DNA of 64,000 nucleotides from Candidatus Binataceae bacterium (GTDB taxonomy: Bacteria > Desulfobacterota > Binatia > Binatales > Binataceae): contig DATKPK010000046.1 of NCBI GenBank assembly GCA_035524095.1, positions 5,078-69,077 of the forward strand, in the 5' to 3' direction. The position numbers were made by a program, and so were the translations under genes. The notes below the pieces were generated by a model. It was not told where the DNA came from and did no database searches. It worked only from the letters and a program-made list of their open reading frames with translations. Each line of letters begins with the position of its first letter. Positions within the stretch are counted from its first letter, which is position 1. This document shows positions 48,614-57,764 of this stretch, one piece after another.

Positions 48614-50034
48614 GTGACGGACGTCCGCTCGCAGCAATCGTCCTCGCCGCCGGCCTCGGCACACGGATGCGGTCGGCCAAAACCAAGGTCCTACATGAGA
48701 TTGGCGGAGAGCCGATGGTTGCGAGAGCTTTGCGCGCCATTGCCGCGCTCGAACCGGACCTTATCATCACGGTAGTGGGCCATCAGGCGGAAGCAGTCGA
48801 AGAAGCTATTCGCCGTACAGTTCCGAATCGGCAATTACGTTTTGGCCTTCAGGCGGAGCAGCGAGGGACCGGAGATGCGGCACGGGTCGCGCTAGGCGAG
48901 CTTCCTGCGGGCTTCAACGGCGATATCCTGATTGGCTATGGCGATACCCCTCGACTGAATCCTTCGACATTGGCAGCATTTCGTGACGCGCATCATGCGC
49001 AAGGCGGTGGCCTCGCGTTCATCAGCGTGGAGGTTCCGAATCCCGATGGCTACGGACGCGTGGTCAGAAATGGCGCAGGCGACGTCGAACGCATCGTCGA
49101 GCATCGCGACGCTTCGGCGGCAGAGCGGACCATTAACGAAATCAATACCGGAATCTACCTAGCCGACGCCACTCTGCTGCGCGAGGCGCTCGCCGCACTG
49201 AGTAATGACAACGCACAGCGCGAATTCTATCTGACCGACATCGTTGGGATTGCCCGTGGGTGTGGCGCCCGCGTCACGGCATGGTGCGCGAACGATCCTA
49301 CTCAGTTCGAAGGTATCAATAACCGTGAGGAGCTAGCCCGCATGAATCAGGAATTGCGCACCCTGCGGATTCGCGCCTTGATGGAGGCCGGGGTAACTTT
49401 CGTTGATCCTGCGACCGCCTATGTCGCCGACACCGTGGTTATCGGACCGGACACCGTGGTCGGGCCTAACGTGCAGATTCTCGGCGACTCCAAGATCGGA
49501 AGCGGAGTGGTGATTGAGGGCACGGCCTGGCTGCGGGACGTCGCGATCGGCGATCGTTGCCACTTGAAGATCTGCGTGCGCGCGGAGGAGTGCACGATCG
49601 GTGAAGACTCCGATGTCGGTCCGTTTGCGAATCTACGGAGCGGGACGGAACTCGCGGGGCATAACCGTATCGGCAATTTCGTCGAGACCAAGAAGGCGCG
49701 GATTGGCCGCGGAACCAAGGCCTCGCATCTGAGCTATCTCGGCGATGCAGTTATCGGCAGCGAGACGAATATCGGATGCGGCGTAATTACAGTGAATTAC
49801 GACGGTTATGATAAGCACGTCACGGCAATCGGTGACCGCTGCATGGTGGGGTGCGACACGCAACTCGTGGCGCCGGTGACGGTCGGTAATGACGTGTACG
49901 TCGCCTCAGGCACGACTATCCTAAAGGATGTCGAGGATGGAGCGCTGGCGCTGTCGCATCATCCGCAACGCGAAAAGCCAGGGTGGACGGCGGGATGGCA
50001 TCGGCGGCACAAAGAGCGTCCGAAAAAGAATTAG
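48610..50034 (+). CDS. glmU: bifunctional UDP-N-acetylglucosamine pyrophosphorylase / glucosamine-1-phosphate N-acetyltransferase
   Basis: LAAIVLAAGLGTRMRS nucleotidyltransferase N-terminus and C-terminal left-handed beta-helix hexapeptide repeats; 474 aa. Confidence 0.9.
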   Translation: MSDGRPLAAIVLAAGLGTRMRSAKTKVLHEIGGEPMVARALRAIAALEPDLIITVVGHQAEAVEEAIRRTVPNRQLRFGLQAEQRGTGDAARVALGELPAGFNGDILIGYGDTPRLNPSTLAAFRDAHHAQGGGLAFISVEVPNPDGYGRVVRNGAGDVERIVEHRDASAAERTINEINTGIYLADATLLREALAALSNDNAQREFYLTDIVGIARGCGARVTAWCANDPTQFEGINNREELARMNQELRTLRIRALMEAGVTFVDPATAYVADTVVIGPDTVVGPNVQILGDSKIGSGVVIEGTAWLRDVAIGDRCHLKICVRAEECTIGEDSDVGPFANLRSGTELAGHNRIGNFVETKKARIGRGTKASHLSYLGDAVIGSETNIGCGVITVNYDGYDKHVTAIGDRCMVGCDTQLVAPVTVGNDVYVASGTTILKDVEDGALALSHHPQREKPGWTAGWHRRHKERPKKN

Positions 50035-50052
50035 GGCTCCAGCCTCTGACAG

Positions 50053-50451
50053 TCAGGCGGCCACAACGGAGGTGCAGAAGGCGCACCGCTTCGCTTCTAT
50101 CGGGATGTCGCTAAGGCACTCCGGACATTTTTTCGTTGTGGGTGGGGGCGGAGAAGAAAACCGCGCCATCAGCCGAGTCACCGGCATGACCACAAAGAAA
50201 TAGACTGCAGTTGCAACCAGCAGGAACGAGATCAGCTCATTGATAAAACTGCCGATCATGAACTTGCTGCCATTGATCGTAAAGAAGATTTTGCTGAAGT
50301 CCGGCTGTTTCACGATTGCAGCAATCAAGGGGGTTAGCAAATCCTTCACGAAGGATGACACGACCGTTCCGAATGCAGCACCGACGACGATTCCGACTGC
50401 CATGTCGACGACGTTGCCACGCAATAGAAAGGTTTTGAATCCTTGGAGCAT
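50053..50451 (-). CDS. mscL: large-conductance mechanosensitive channel with C-terminal zinc-ribbon tail
   Basis: MLQGFKTFLLRGNVVDMAVGIVVGAAFG is the canonical MscL start. The last ~25 aa are KKCPECLSDIPIEAKRCAFCTS (CxxC...CxxC). Confidence 0.85.
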   Translation of the reverse strand: MLQGFKTFLLRGNVVDMAVGIVVGAAFGTVVSSFVKDLLTPLIAAIVKQPDFSKIFFTINGSKFMIGSFINELISFLLVATAVYFFVVMPVTRLMARFSSPPPPTTKKCPECLSDIPIEAKRCAFCTSVVAA

Positions 50452-50548
50452 AGCCCGTACCTACCTTCTTTCAGGTTTCGCCAGCACTGAGGCTTCGAAG
50501 ATTACGCCACGTCGGTCCGCGATTGGAATGTAGCCTTATATCTAATCT

Positions 50549-51700
50549 CTACTCTGCGGCCAAGGACGCACTCAGAATTTCGTCGAGGCACTTCGCTCCA
50601 AAATAGCTATCGGCCAACTCCCGCGCAGCGCGGCTGTGCGCAGGATAGTTACTGTCGATTTCCGTCACTTTTGCCGCCGCTTCCTCAACGGTGGCGAAGC
50701 GCAGAAACCCATGCCCGATCGGCAGATGTTCGCCGAACCCGCAATCCTCGGCAAGCACCGGACGGCCGCTCGCCAGATACGCGACACTGCGGTCGCTGAC
50801 CCAGCCGGTGTGCAGCTCCTTGAAGATCGGCTTGCAGCATAGGATCTCGGCCCGCGACATTTGCAAATAGTGCTGATAGGAGTCGGTCGTTCCTGCGACT
50901 GCGAACGGCTCAACGACCCGCCATCCATTGCGCTGGAACAGTTCGCGATCATGCGCCACGTCATTCGCGCCGATATTCGCGGCTAGCTCGAAGGACCGGT
51001 GGGTCAATTGTGGCAGCGCGACGTTGCGGATATACGACTCACGCTTCGACAGGCTGAGCCGACGCCCGTCCATCTCAAGCTCTTCCCACGACCATTGAGT
51101 TATCGAAGTAAAGGGCGCTTCAGGGCCGGGGTCTGGCGTAAACGGCCACATAGGCAGATGCACGTATGGTCGGTAGGGCTTCCATTGCCGCCCAAAGCGC
51201 GGGACCTCGCAGTCGGCGTCCGCAATCTTGTTGCCGACACTTAGCAGCACCTGATGGTCCTGGATATCGAAGTTGAACTCCAATGCACAGACCTGCAAAT
51301 GGCCCGGGTCGCCATCGATCAGAGCTCTTTGCTTGAACTGACTGAGCAACGGCTGGCGGATCGAGGTCGCGAAATTCCAAAGCACGTCCGCTTGATCTAC
51401 CAAATCTGCGAGTCGCGCCGCGCTCATGCCGAAGACCTCGGCCGTCTCAAGCGCTTGATTATCCGGGTCCTCAACCGCGATCAGTGCGCAATCATCGGCT
51501 AGGCCATACATATCCATCAACGCGAAAAACCCGGCGACCCGTTGCGGATTATCCCGCACCTGTGCCGCTTTGATTACTTCCAGCCATACAATCTGATGGC
51601 CCAATGCGCGCAGCCCGAGCGGATATTGAATGAAGCCGACGGCGAGCGGCGCGCCCTCGGGATAACTTGCGATCGCTTTGCAGCCCAGCGCAATCAGCAT
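50549..51700 (-). CDS. putative glycosyltransferase (GT1-like C-terminal domain, CgeB-like)
   Basis: 383 aa. The C-terminal third (SGRPVLAEDCGFGEHLPIGHGFLRFATVEEAAAKV) resembles the GT-B C-terminal nucleotide-sugar-binding motif. The N-terminal part is unassigned. Confidence 0.45.
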   Translation of the reverse strand: MLIALGCKAIASYPEGAPLAVGFIQYPLGLRALGHQIVWLEVIKAAQVRDNPQRVAGFFALMDMYGLADDCALIAVEDPDNQALETAEVFGMSAARLADLVDQADVLWNFATSIRQPLLSQFKQRALIDGDPGHLQVCALEFNFDIQDHQVLLSVGNKIADADCEVPRFGRQWKPYRPYVHLPMWPFTPDPGPEAPFTSITQWSWEELEMDGRRLSLSKRESYIRNVALPQLTHRSFELAANIGANDVAHDRELFQRNGWRVVEPFAVAGTTDSYQHYLQMSRAEILCCKPIFKELHTGWVSDRSVAYLASGRPVLAEDCGFGEHLPIGHGFLRFATVEEAAAKVTEIDSNYPAHSRAARELADSYFGAKCLDEILSASLAAE

Positions 51701-51844
51701 CAGCGCCCTCCAATTGGCCTGTCATTATAGTACGGTTCGCAGGGCCGGTCGCGAGTGTGCTTCGGTGACGCCCGCGCCGATCGCGAACACGGGGACTGTG
51801 AAGTTCAGTTGGGGAAATTTCGGCGATAAGCGTCCTTACAAAAA

Positions 51845-51862
51845 CCTATCCAGAGGGATAGG
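51845..51862 (+). promoter_or_regulatory. perfect inverted repeat, candidate CsoR/RcnR-family operator
   Basis: CCTATCC-AGAG-GGATAGG (7-bp arms, 4-bp spacer) ends 8 nt before the ATG of the CsoR/RcnR-like repressor gene. Confidence 0.4.
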
Positions 51863-51870
51863 ATTGAATT

Positions 51871-52137
51871 ATGGCTCATGGATCTCATTCGGAAATCGTA
51901 AACCGGCTCAAACGCGCTGATGGTCACCTTCACACGATAATCGCCATGATCGAAGACCGCCGTCGATGCCTCGAAGTGACTCAGCAGCTTCACGCGATTG
52001 AAAAAGCTATCGCCAAGGCGAAGCAAATCTATATTCACGATCATATAGATAATTGCCTTGAGGAAGCTGTAGGGCCTGGTGCCCAAGCGCCCCGCAACGC
52101 ATTGGCGGAGTTCAAGGAAATCGCGAAGTATCTGTAG
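51871..52137 (+). CDS. CsoR/RcnR/FrmR family metal-sensing transcriptional repressor
   Basis: 88 aa. RLKRADGHLHTIIAMIEDRRRCLEVTQQLHAIEKAI carries the conserved H-C-H metal-ligand positions. Confidence 0.8.
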   Translation: MAHGSHSEIVNRLKRADGHLHTIIAMIEDRRRCLEVTQQLHAIEKAIAKAKQIYIHDHIDNCLEEAVGPGAQAPRNALAEFKEIAKYL

Positions 52138-52153
52138 GGAGTTGGCGAGCACA

Positions 52154-53068
52154 ATGACCTACGCGCCCCGGGCGGTTCTAATCGGCGCGGTTGCCGCCGT
52201 CGGTGTGCTGCATACTGTCGTGCCCGATCACTGGATGCCGATTGCACTAATCGCTCGCCAGCACAGATGGTCCCACCGGGAGACCGCCCTCGCCGCGTTG
52301 CAGGCAGGTTGCGGCCACGTGGTCTCGACACTAGCGATCGCGATTGCAGTTTGGCTGGCCGGAGCGGCGTTCGCCGCCCGTTTTGGGAGCCTTGTCGATC
52401 GCGCGGCCAGTCTCGCTCTGATCGCTTTAGGCGGATGGATTGCAATCAGCGCGATCCGTGAGCTGCGCAGTGGCGAAGCTGACCCGATAAATCATGCGTC
52501 CAGTCATCGCACGCTCGCACATTTTCATTCCTCCGCCAAAGTCGGCGATGCAGGGACAACTTATCAAGTGAACTATGCTGACAAGTCAGGGTTTGGCGAT
52601 TCGTCTAAACATAGCCGCCACTACATGCCTCTCGGCGGCGGACTCGCGGTCGCAGCCAGCCACGAGCATCTCCATCGGCATGGCTACGGCGCTGAGCACG
52701 CGCATTGGCATGACCACGATTTCGGAACGTTGCATGTGCTGGTCGACGCGCTTGGCATTGTGCCGCTGCATGATCATCGCCATCCGACACCGGCGCGAAC
52801 CGCGATCCTGCTGGTGCTCGGCTCGTCCCCGATGGTCGAAGGCATCCCTGCATTTTTTGCCGCCGCCAAATTCGGGCTTGGTCTCATTGTGGCTATGGCT
52901 ATGGTCTTTGGCCTCTGCACGATCACCACTTACATCCTGTTATGCATCTCTTCGACCGCAGGGCTGCAACGCGTGAGGCTGGGCGCGATCGAACGATATG
53001 GCGAAGTTCTAAGCGGCGCCTTTATCGTTCTCATCGGACTGATTTTTCTGATTTTTCCAGTGCTGTAA
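52154..53068 (+). CDS. nickel/cobalt efflux (RcnA / NicO superfamily) membrane transporter with His-rich loop
   Basis: HTVVPDHW motif in TM1 and a central loop HEHLHRHGYGAEHAHWHDHDF. It lies 16 nt downstream of the repressor gene. Confidence 0.7.
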   Translation: MTYAPRAVLIGAVAAVGVLHTVVPDHWMPIALIARQHRWSHRETALAALQAGCGHVVSTLAIAIAVWLAGAAFAARFGSLVDRAASLALIALGGWIAISAIRELRSGEADPINHASSHRTLAHFHSSAKVGDAGTTYQVNYADKSGFGDSSKHSRHYMPLGGGLAVAASHEHLHRHGYGAEHAHWHDHDFGTLHVLVDALGIVPLHDHRHPTPARTAILLVLGSSPMVEGIPAFFAAAKFGLGLIVAMAMVFGLCTITTYILLCISSTAGLQRVRLGAIERYGEVLSGAFIVLIGLIFLIFPVL

Positions 53069-53089
53069 CCGCGGCCGAAAGCTACCGCA

Positions 53090-54058
53090 CTAGCTGCTCA
53101 AGTCTTTGAGAAAATCCAGAATGGCGGCGTTTACGTCGGCGGGCTTTTCCTGCTGAGTCCAGTGGCCTGAACCTTTCACCAGGACCTTCTGCAGGTCAGG
53201 TACGAACGTCTCCATCCCGTCCGCGAGTTGCGGGCGCAGGACCGGATCGAGCTCTGCTGTGATCATCAGCGCCGGTTGCTTGACCCTATATTCGAGGCCG
53301 GCGCTCTCCTCCCAGCTTCGATCCAGATTCCGGTACCAGTTGAGGCCGCCTCGAAACCCCGTCCTGCTGAAGGCTTTGACGAATACGTCGAAGTCGGCGT
53401 CGGTCATGAATGACCCGTGTGGCTGATCCGGCAGTCGATCAAGGATTCCACCGCCAGCAGGTCCCCATACGCCTGGCGGGTCATCCGCTGGAATTGCGCC
53501 GATTAGATCGCTGGCACCCTGATAAAAGCCACGCAGCGAGCGCGAAACGTCTCGCTCCAATTCGGCCTCAGCGACGCCCGGCTGCTGAAAATAGAGCATG
53601 TAATGGAACTTGCCTTGGGCGATCATTTCAAGCATCAACGTCGGCTTGATCGGTGCGCGCGGGAAGAACGGCGTATTGACCCCGATTACGCGGGAGAATC
53701 GCTGCGGCGCCATCATCGCAGCGTTCCAGGCAACGGCGCCGCCCCAGTCGTGGCCGACGATCACGGCCTTAGCGATGCCAAGGGCGTCGAGCATCCCCAC
53801 CAAGTCGCCGACCAATAGCTTTTGCGTGTAGGCCTCGATGGGCGGGGGCGCATCGGTCTCGCCATAGCCACGTTGATCCGGGGCGATCGCACGAAATCCC
53901 GCAGCTGCGAGCGCGTTCAACTGGTGGCGCCAAGAATACCAAAGCTCCGGAAAGCCGTGGCAAAACACTATCGGGTAACCGGAGCCTGCCTCAGCGACGT
54001 GCATGCGGATACCGTTGCTCTGGACGAACTGATGCTTGAATTCGATCATCGTTCTCAC
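53090..54058 (-). CDS. alpha/beta hydrolase (epoxide hydrolase-like)
   Basis: IVFCHGFPELWYSWRHQLNALAAAGFRAIAPDQRGYGETD is the typical epoxide-hydrolase N-terminus; a cap domain and catalytic His sit near the C-terminus. Confidence 0.75.
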   Translation of the reverse strand: MRTMIEFKHQFVQSNGIRMHVAEAGSGYPIVFCHGFPELWYSWRHQLNALAAAGFRAIAPDQRGYGETDAPPPIEAYTQKLLVGDLVGMLDALGIAKAVIVGHDWGGAVAWNAAMMAPQRFSRVIGVNTPFFPRAPIKPTLMLEMIAQGKFHYMLYFQQPGVAEAELERDVSRSLRGFYQGASDLIGAIPADDPPGVWGPAGGGILDRLPDQPHGSFMTDADFDVFVKAFSRTGFRGGLNWYRNLDRSWEESAGLEYRVKQPALMITAELDPVLRPQLADGMETFVPDLQKVLVKGSGHWTQQEKPADVNAAILDFLKDLSS

Positions 54059-54217
54059 CTTCCTGCTGAAGCCTTAACTCTTCTTGGATTGACAGGCTTG
54101 TGCAAGTCGCCTTATGGTCTGGGGCTGAGGCCCTGTCAGCCCGAAAATCGCCAAAGTAAGCGGAACTGGTCGGCAACTGCGGATTAGCCGTCAAAGAGAA
54201 TAAGGAGGACAACCCCA

Positions 54218-54850
54218 ATGGGTAAGGATTTCGAGTTTCGTCAGCTCTTGCGCGCCTATCGCGCCGGTCTTATAACTGAAGAGACCTTCGAGGCCGAGAT
54301 GGCTACGCTCGACAACAGCAACGGCCATGCGGGTCAACCAAAGGGTTTCCAAGCGTTCGGCAAAACCTACCGCAGCGAACGTGAGGCGATCATCAGCTTT
54401 CTCGATAAGGTTCAGGCCGCCGAGTCTAACGCGGGTGTCGCGTTTGGGGATTGGGCTAAGGTCTGCACGACCGATTGCATACGCAGCGGAATCAAGATGA
54501 TCGCTGAGCGTGAGAGCTACCATGGCCGCGTCTTTAATCAGCGCATCCGTGAATTGGGTGCCGAGCCGCGCGCGACAGTTAGCGAGGACAGCAAGAAGTT
54601 TGCGGCATGCGCCGCTGATCCCGGAATGAGCGATTGCGACAAGCTGCTCACGGTTGCTTCCGCAATCTCGAACCCCGAGGCAGTCATCCAACCGATTATC
54701 GATTTCGCCAACCTGATTACCGAGGATCAGGAGACCAAAGAAGCCTTGCGGCTCTTCGCGGAAGACGAATTGTCGTCCACTCGGTGGCTGGTCTATGCCT
54801 GCAATGCGCTCAACGCACCGGCCGAACCGGCCAGCGCCTCCCAGCCGTAA
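54218..54850 (+). CDS. conserved hypothetical protein with SHOCT-like N-terminal motif (paralogue B)
   Basis: 210 aa; DFEFRQLLRAYRAGLITEETFEAEM. It is collinear with the 30520-31170 protein through the YRSERE, AERESYH and ETKEALRLFAEDELSSTRWL blocks (about 40% identity by eye). AAGGAGG lies 8 nt upstream. Confidence 0.6.
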   Translation: MGKDFEFRQLLRAYRAGLITEETFEAEMATLDNSNGHAGQPKGFQAFGKTYRSEREAIISFLDKVQAAESNAGVAFGDWAKVCTTDCIRSGIKMIAERESYHGRVFNQRIRELGAEPRATVSEDSKKFAACAADPGMSDCDKLLTVASAISNPEAVIQPIIDFANLITEDQETKEALRLFAEDELSSTRWLVYACNALNAPAEPASASQP

Positions 54851-54877
54851 CGTCAGACAGCCGCAGTTAAAATGAAA

Positions 54878-54910
54878 AGACCGGACGGTACGATTGCCGC
54901 CGGTCTTTTC
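54878..54910. terminator. bidirectional rho-independent terminator
   Basis: AGACCGGACGG-tacgattg-CCGCCGGTCT stem followed by TTTTC. The reverse strand has TTTTCATTTT after the hairpin. It lies between convergent genes. Confidence 0.55.
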
Positions 54911-54961
54911 GTATCTCTCGAACGCGCCAGATAATGAGTCTGGCGCGATGCTCCAGCAACC

Positions 54962-55540
54962 CTACATGCCTTGCCCGCCGCCGGTATCTTTTGCCAGAGG
55001 GACCATCTGCGCGATTTCACACTGCACCATTGCGCGCAGCTTGTTGTCGATTTGGAAGAACCGCGTAACGTCCACTTCCGAGACTGCCGCCCTAAACTTC
55101 GGGATATAGGCTTTCTGAATGTTAAGTCTGGCCTGGGCGATTAACATCACCTCGTCAAGTTTGCGCTTGGCGTCGGCATCAGTCAGAGAGTCGTAATGCT
55201 TCGCGAAGTCTTTGATCTCGCGGATGTGCCGGTCCTCGATTTTGTCCATCGCGGCTTCGTACTGATCGTATAAGGGCCAAAAGGCTTTCGCCTCATTGGC
55301 GCTGAACTTCATATTGTCACTGACGATCGCCTTACGCTCGGCTCGCGCGGCTGCGAGATCGATCTGCTTTTCCGATTGCGGTGCCGGTGCCGCAGCGGCC
55401 GAGGCCTCAGGCGCAGGGGCCGCGGCCGACGCTGCGGGAGCCGCTGCTGGTGCTTGGGCAGCACAGGGACGCATTGCTCCTGCCACACAAATCAATGCAA
55501 ACGCCGCGACCGGCGGCGCAATTAGCTTTCCAAAACGCAT
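54962..55540 (-). CDS. secreted hypothetical protein with Ala/Pro-rich linker
   Basis: Signal peptide, AAPAASAAAPAPEASAAAAPAP low-complexity linker, then a helical domain of about 130 aa. Confidence 0.5.
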   Translation of the reverse strand: MRFGKLIAPPVAAFALICVAGAMRPCAAQAPAAAPAASAAAPAPEASAAAAPAPQSEKQIDLAAARAERKAIVSDNMKFSANEAKAFWPLYDQYEAAMDKIEDRHIREIKDFAKHYDSLTDADAKRKLDEVMLIAQARLNIQKAYIPKFRAAVSEVDVTRFFQIDNKLRAMVQCEIAQMVPLAKDTGGGQGM

Positions 55541-55774
55541 GCTTAGGAATCTCCTGCCCTTTTGAATTATGCTAACGCTCGCGCGCGATGCTGCTCTATT
55601 GGCGATCCCGAGTCAAGCCGGATGAAACCATTAGCGGTCAATCAAACTGCATCTCTCCTATCGGGACTTCTTTTCCTTGAAGAGTGGAGGCGAGGACATC
55701 GCTAAGTAAGCCTGCGTTGACGATTGTCCTGAGCGATTCTCGACCGAAATGCTAGAAAAGTCTTGTTTCCGGCC

Positions 55775-56155
55775 TTAGTGGCGACGACGACGCCCTGCGC
55801 GGTTCAGCGGTTGGACCCGTTGAGGGCCCGACGCCGGTTCCGCCATCTTTCTGATGTCGAGGAAGATTTGAATCGACGCGACCATTCCGGCTGCAAGAAC
55901 AAGAATCCAAATGCGCCGGAAGGTTTTCATGACATCAGGAGAGGTGATATTCGCCCAGGCAAAATAGTGATCCGACACCCGATACGCGAGTTGCATCAGC
56001 AAAAGTACGATGATCACTTGGAGGATCGATAAGAGAATACCCGGCTTGCTTTTCGTCCGCCGCAAATAGAGCCGCACCGTCAACAGCCATGAAAGCCATA
56101 TCAAAGTGAGACCGACGCCAATCGCCACCGCGGCCAGATACAGGTTCATTGACAT
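55775..56155 (-). CDS. small hypothetical membrane protein
   Basis: 126 aa, three hydrophobic helices and a basic C-terminus. Confidence 0.35.
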   Translation of the reverse strand: MSMNLYLAAVAIGVGLTLIWLSWLLTVRLYLRRTKSKPGILLSILQVIIVLLLMQLAYRVSDHYFAWANITSPDVMKTFRRIWILVLAAGMVASIQIFLDIRKMAEPASGPQRVQPLNRAGRRRRH

Positions 56156-56236
56156 CTGCCGCGCTGGTCGGCGACCTTATGAGTTATGAGAGGAGGGACT
56201 CCTCCTCCTACGAAGGAGTCCCGTGACACGTGCAGA

Positions 56237-57358
56237 TTAGGCCGCAGCCGAGGAGCCGGTCAGCGACAGCTCTTCCGACTCACCCAGCGGCGAGCCATTC
56301 CATTTTTTGACTTCGGGCAGGACGTTTTTGGCGAAGCATTTCAGATTTCGTTCCGCTTCGTCCCACGGCATGCCTGCATAGCTGAAGTTGAGCATGAAGC
56401 CATTCGCGTCGATCGTGTCGCGTATGAATGCCAACTTCGCCAGTACTTCATCCGGCGTGCCCCACGGCATCAGCTTGGCAAAATCCACCGCGGCACCATC
56501 CAACCCGTGCTTCGAAATATATTTGCCGACGTGGCTATAGAACTCGTAACCCTTATGTGACCCGAACTGCTTCGAGGTCATCTCATAGTGTCTCATCGCC
56601 GTGTGGTAATAGGCGGTGATCCACTTCATCGCCATCTCTTCGGCGCGATCGCGGTTCTCGTCGACAAAGCAGAATCCACCTGATAGCGGCTTGGGCGGCG
56701 GCGCAGCGCCATTAACCTCGCGCCACACTTTGTGATACACTTCGAAGTCCTGCTTGACGACATCCCAAGGCTTTTGCGGAATAACTAAAAGACCGACGCC
56801 AAGCTTGGCCATGATCGGCATCGATTCCGGGGAGACCGCCGCTGCGTAGGTGCGGCCTTTGAAGGAACGTCCGGGGAACGGACGAATTTCACGACGTGGC
56901 TGTTTCGTATAATTACCGCCTTCCATCACGCCGGTTTCGAGCGCGTTGAGAATCAGTTCGGCATACTCGACGAACAGGTTGCGCCCTTCGTTTTGATCCA
57001 GCCGGAACCCTTCGTATTCGATCCGCGCGAGTCCGCGTCCCAAGCCGAGAATGAAGCGCCCATTCGACAGATGGTCCAGCGCCGAGATCTGCTCTGCTAC
57101 CCGAATTGGATCGTGCCACGGCAGAACAACGACCATAGAGCCGAGCTTCACGTGCTTGGTTTTACCGGCCATGTAGGCGAGGAACTGCAAGACGTCCGGG
57201 CACATCGTGTAGTCGTCGAAGTGATGCTCGACTGACCACACCGAGTCGAAACCCAGTGGCTCGGCCATTTCACACAGTCTGACTTCCTCGCGATAGATCT
57301 CGGTGTCAGAAAGACGGTTGCCGGGATTCTGAAACGCTACGCCATAACCTACGTGCAT
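56237..57358 (-). CDS. LLM-class flavin-dependent oxidoreductase (luciferase-like monooxygenase)
   Basis: 373 aa; MHVGYGVAFQN...GFDSVWSVEHHF is a TIM-barrel LLM signature. Confidence 0.85.
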   Translation of the reverse strand: MHVGYGVAFQNPGNRLSDTEIYREEVRLCEMAEPLGFDSVWSVEHHFDDYTMCPDVLQFLAYMAGKTKHVKLGSMVVVLPWHDPIRVAEQISALDHLSNGRFILGLGRGLARIEYEGFRLDQNEGRNLFVEYAELILNALETGVMEGGNYTKQPRREIRPFPGRSFKGRTYAAAVSPESMPIMAKLGVGLLVIPQKPWDVVKQDFEVYHKVWREVNGAAPPPKPLSGGFCFVDENRDRAEEMAMKWITAYYHTAMRHYEMTSKQFGSHKGYEFYSHVGKYISKHGLDGAAVDFAKLMPWGTPDEVLAKLAFIRDTIDANGFMLNFSYAGMPWDEAERNLKCFAKNVLPEVKKWNGSPLGESEELSLTGSSAAA

Positions 57359-57764
57359 AGATGCTATCTCCTGATTGTGGAACCCGCGCCACCGAGCTTA
57401 TCGCCCGCGCCGACGGTATCCCCGATTAAACGAACGACCGTTTGATTACCCTTAGCAAGAATCCGCCGCTCTCGCCACGCCGATGGCCTTTGATCTCCTG
57501 TTGGTTTCAGGCATTAGATTCGAGAAAGACGCGGGCGCATTCACTCCCCCCAGAGGATTCGATGGACTACCAATACCGTCTGTTTTGAACCACTAAGGGG
57601 CTCTGCCGCAGCGTTTCGCGACCGCCCATCTCTCCGGCAGCCCCACGAAAGTTTCCATCGACGTTGAAACGCGCTACATCTCCGCGTTCGACACCCAAGT
57701 TTGGGCGCCGAGCCGTTCTCCTGATCGAACCTCTCATCATCCGGCTCGGAACCGGAGTTCCATT

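Noticed and set aside
54059-54217. Possible sigma-54 promoter upstream of SHOCT-like paralogue B (TGGTCGGCAACTGCGG)
   Set aside because: The GG-to-GC spacing is 11 rather than the strictly required 12.
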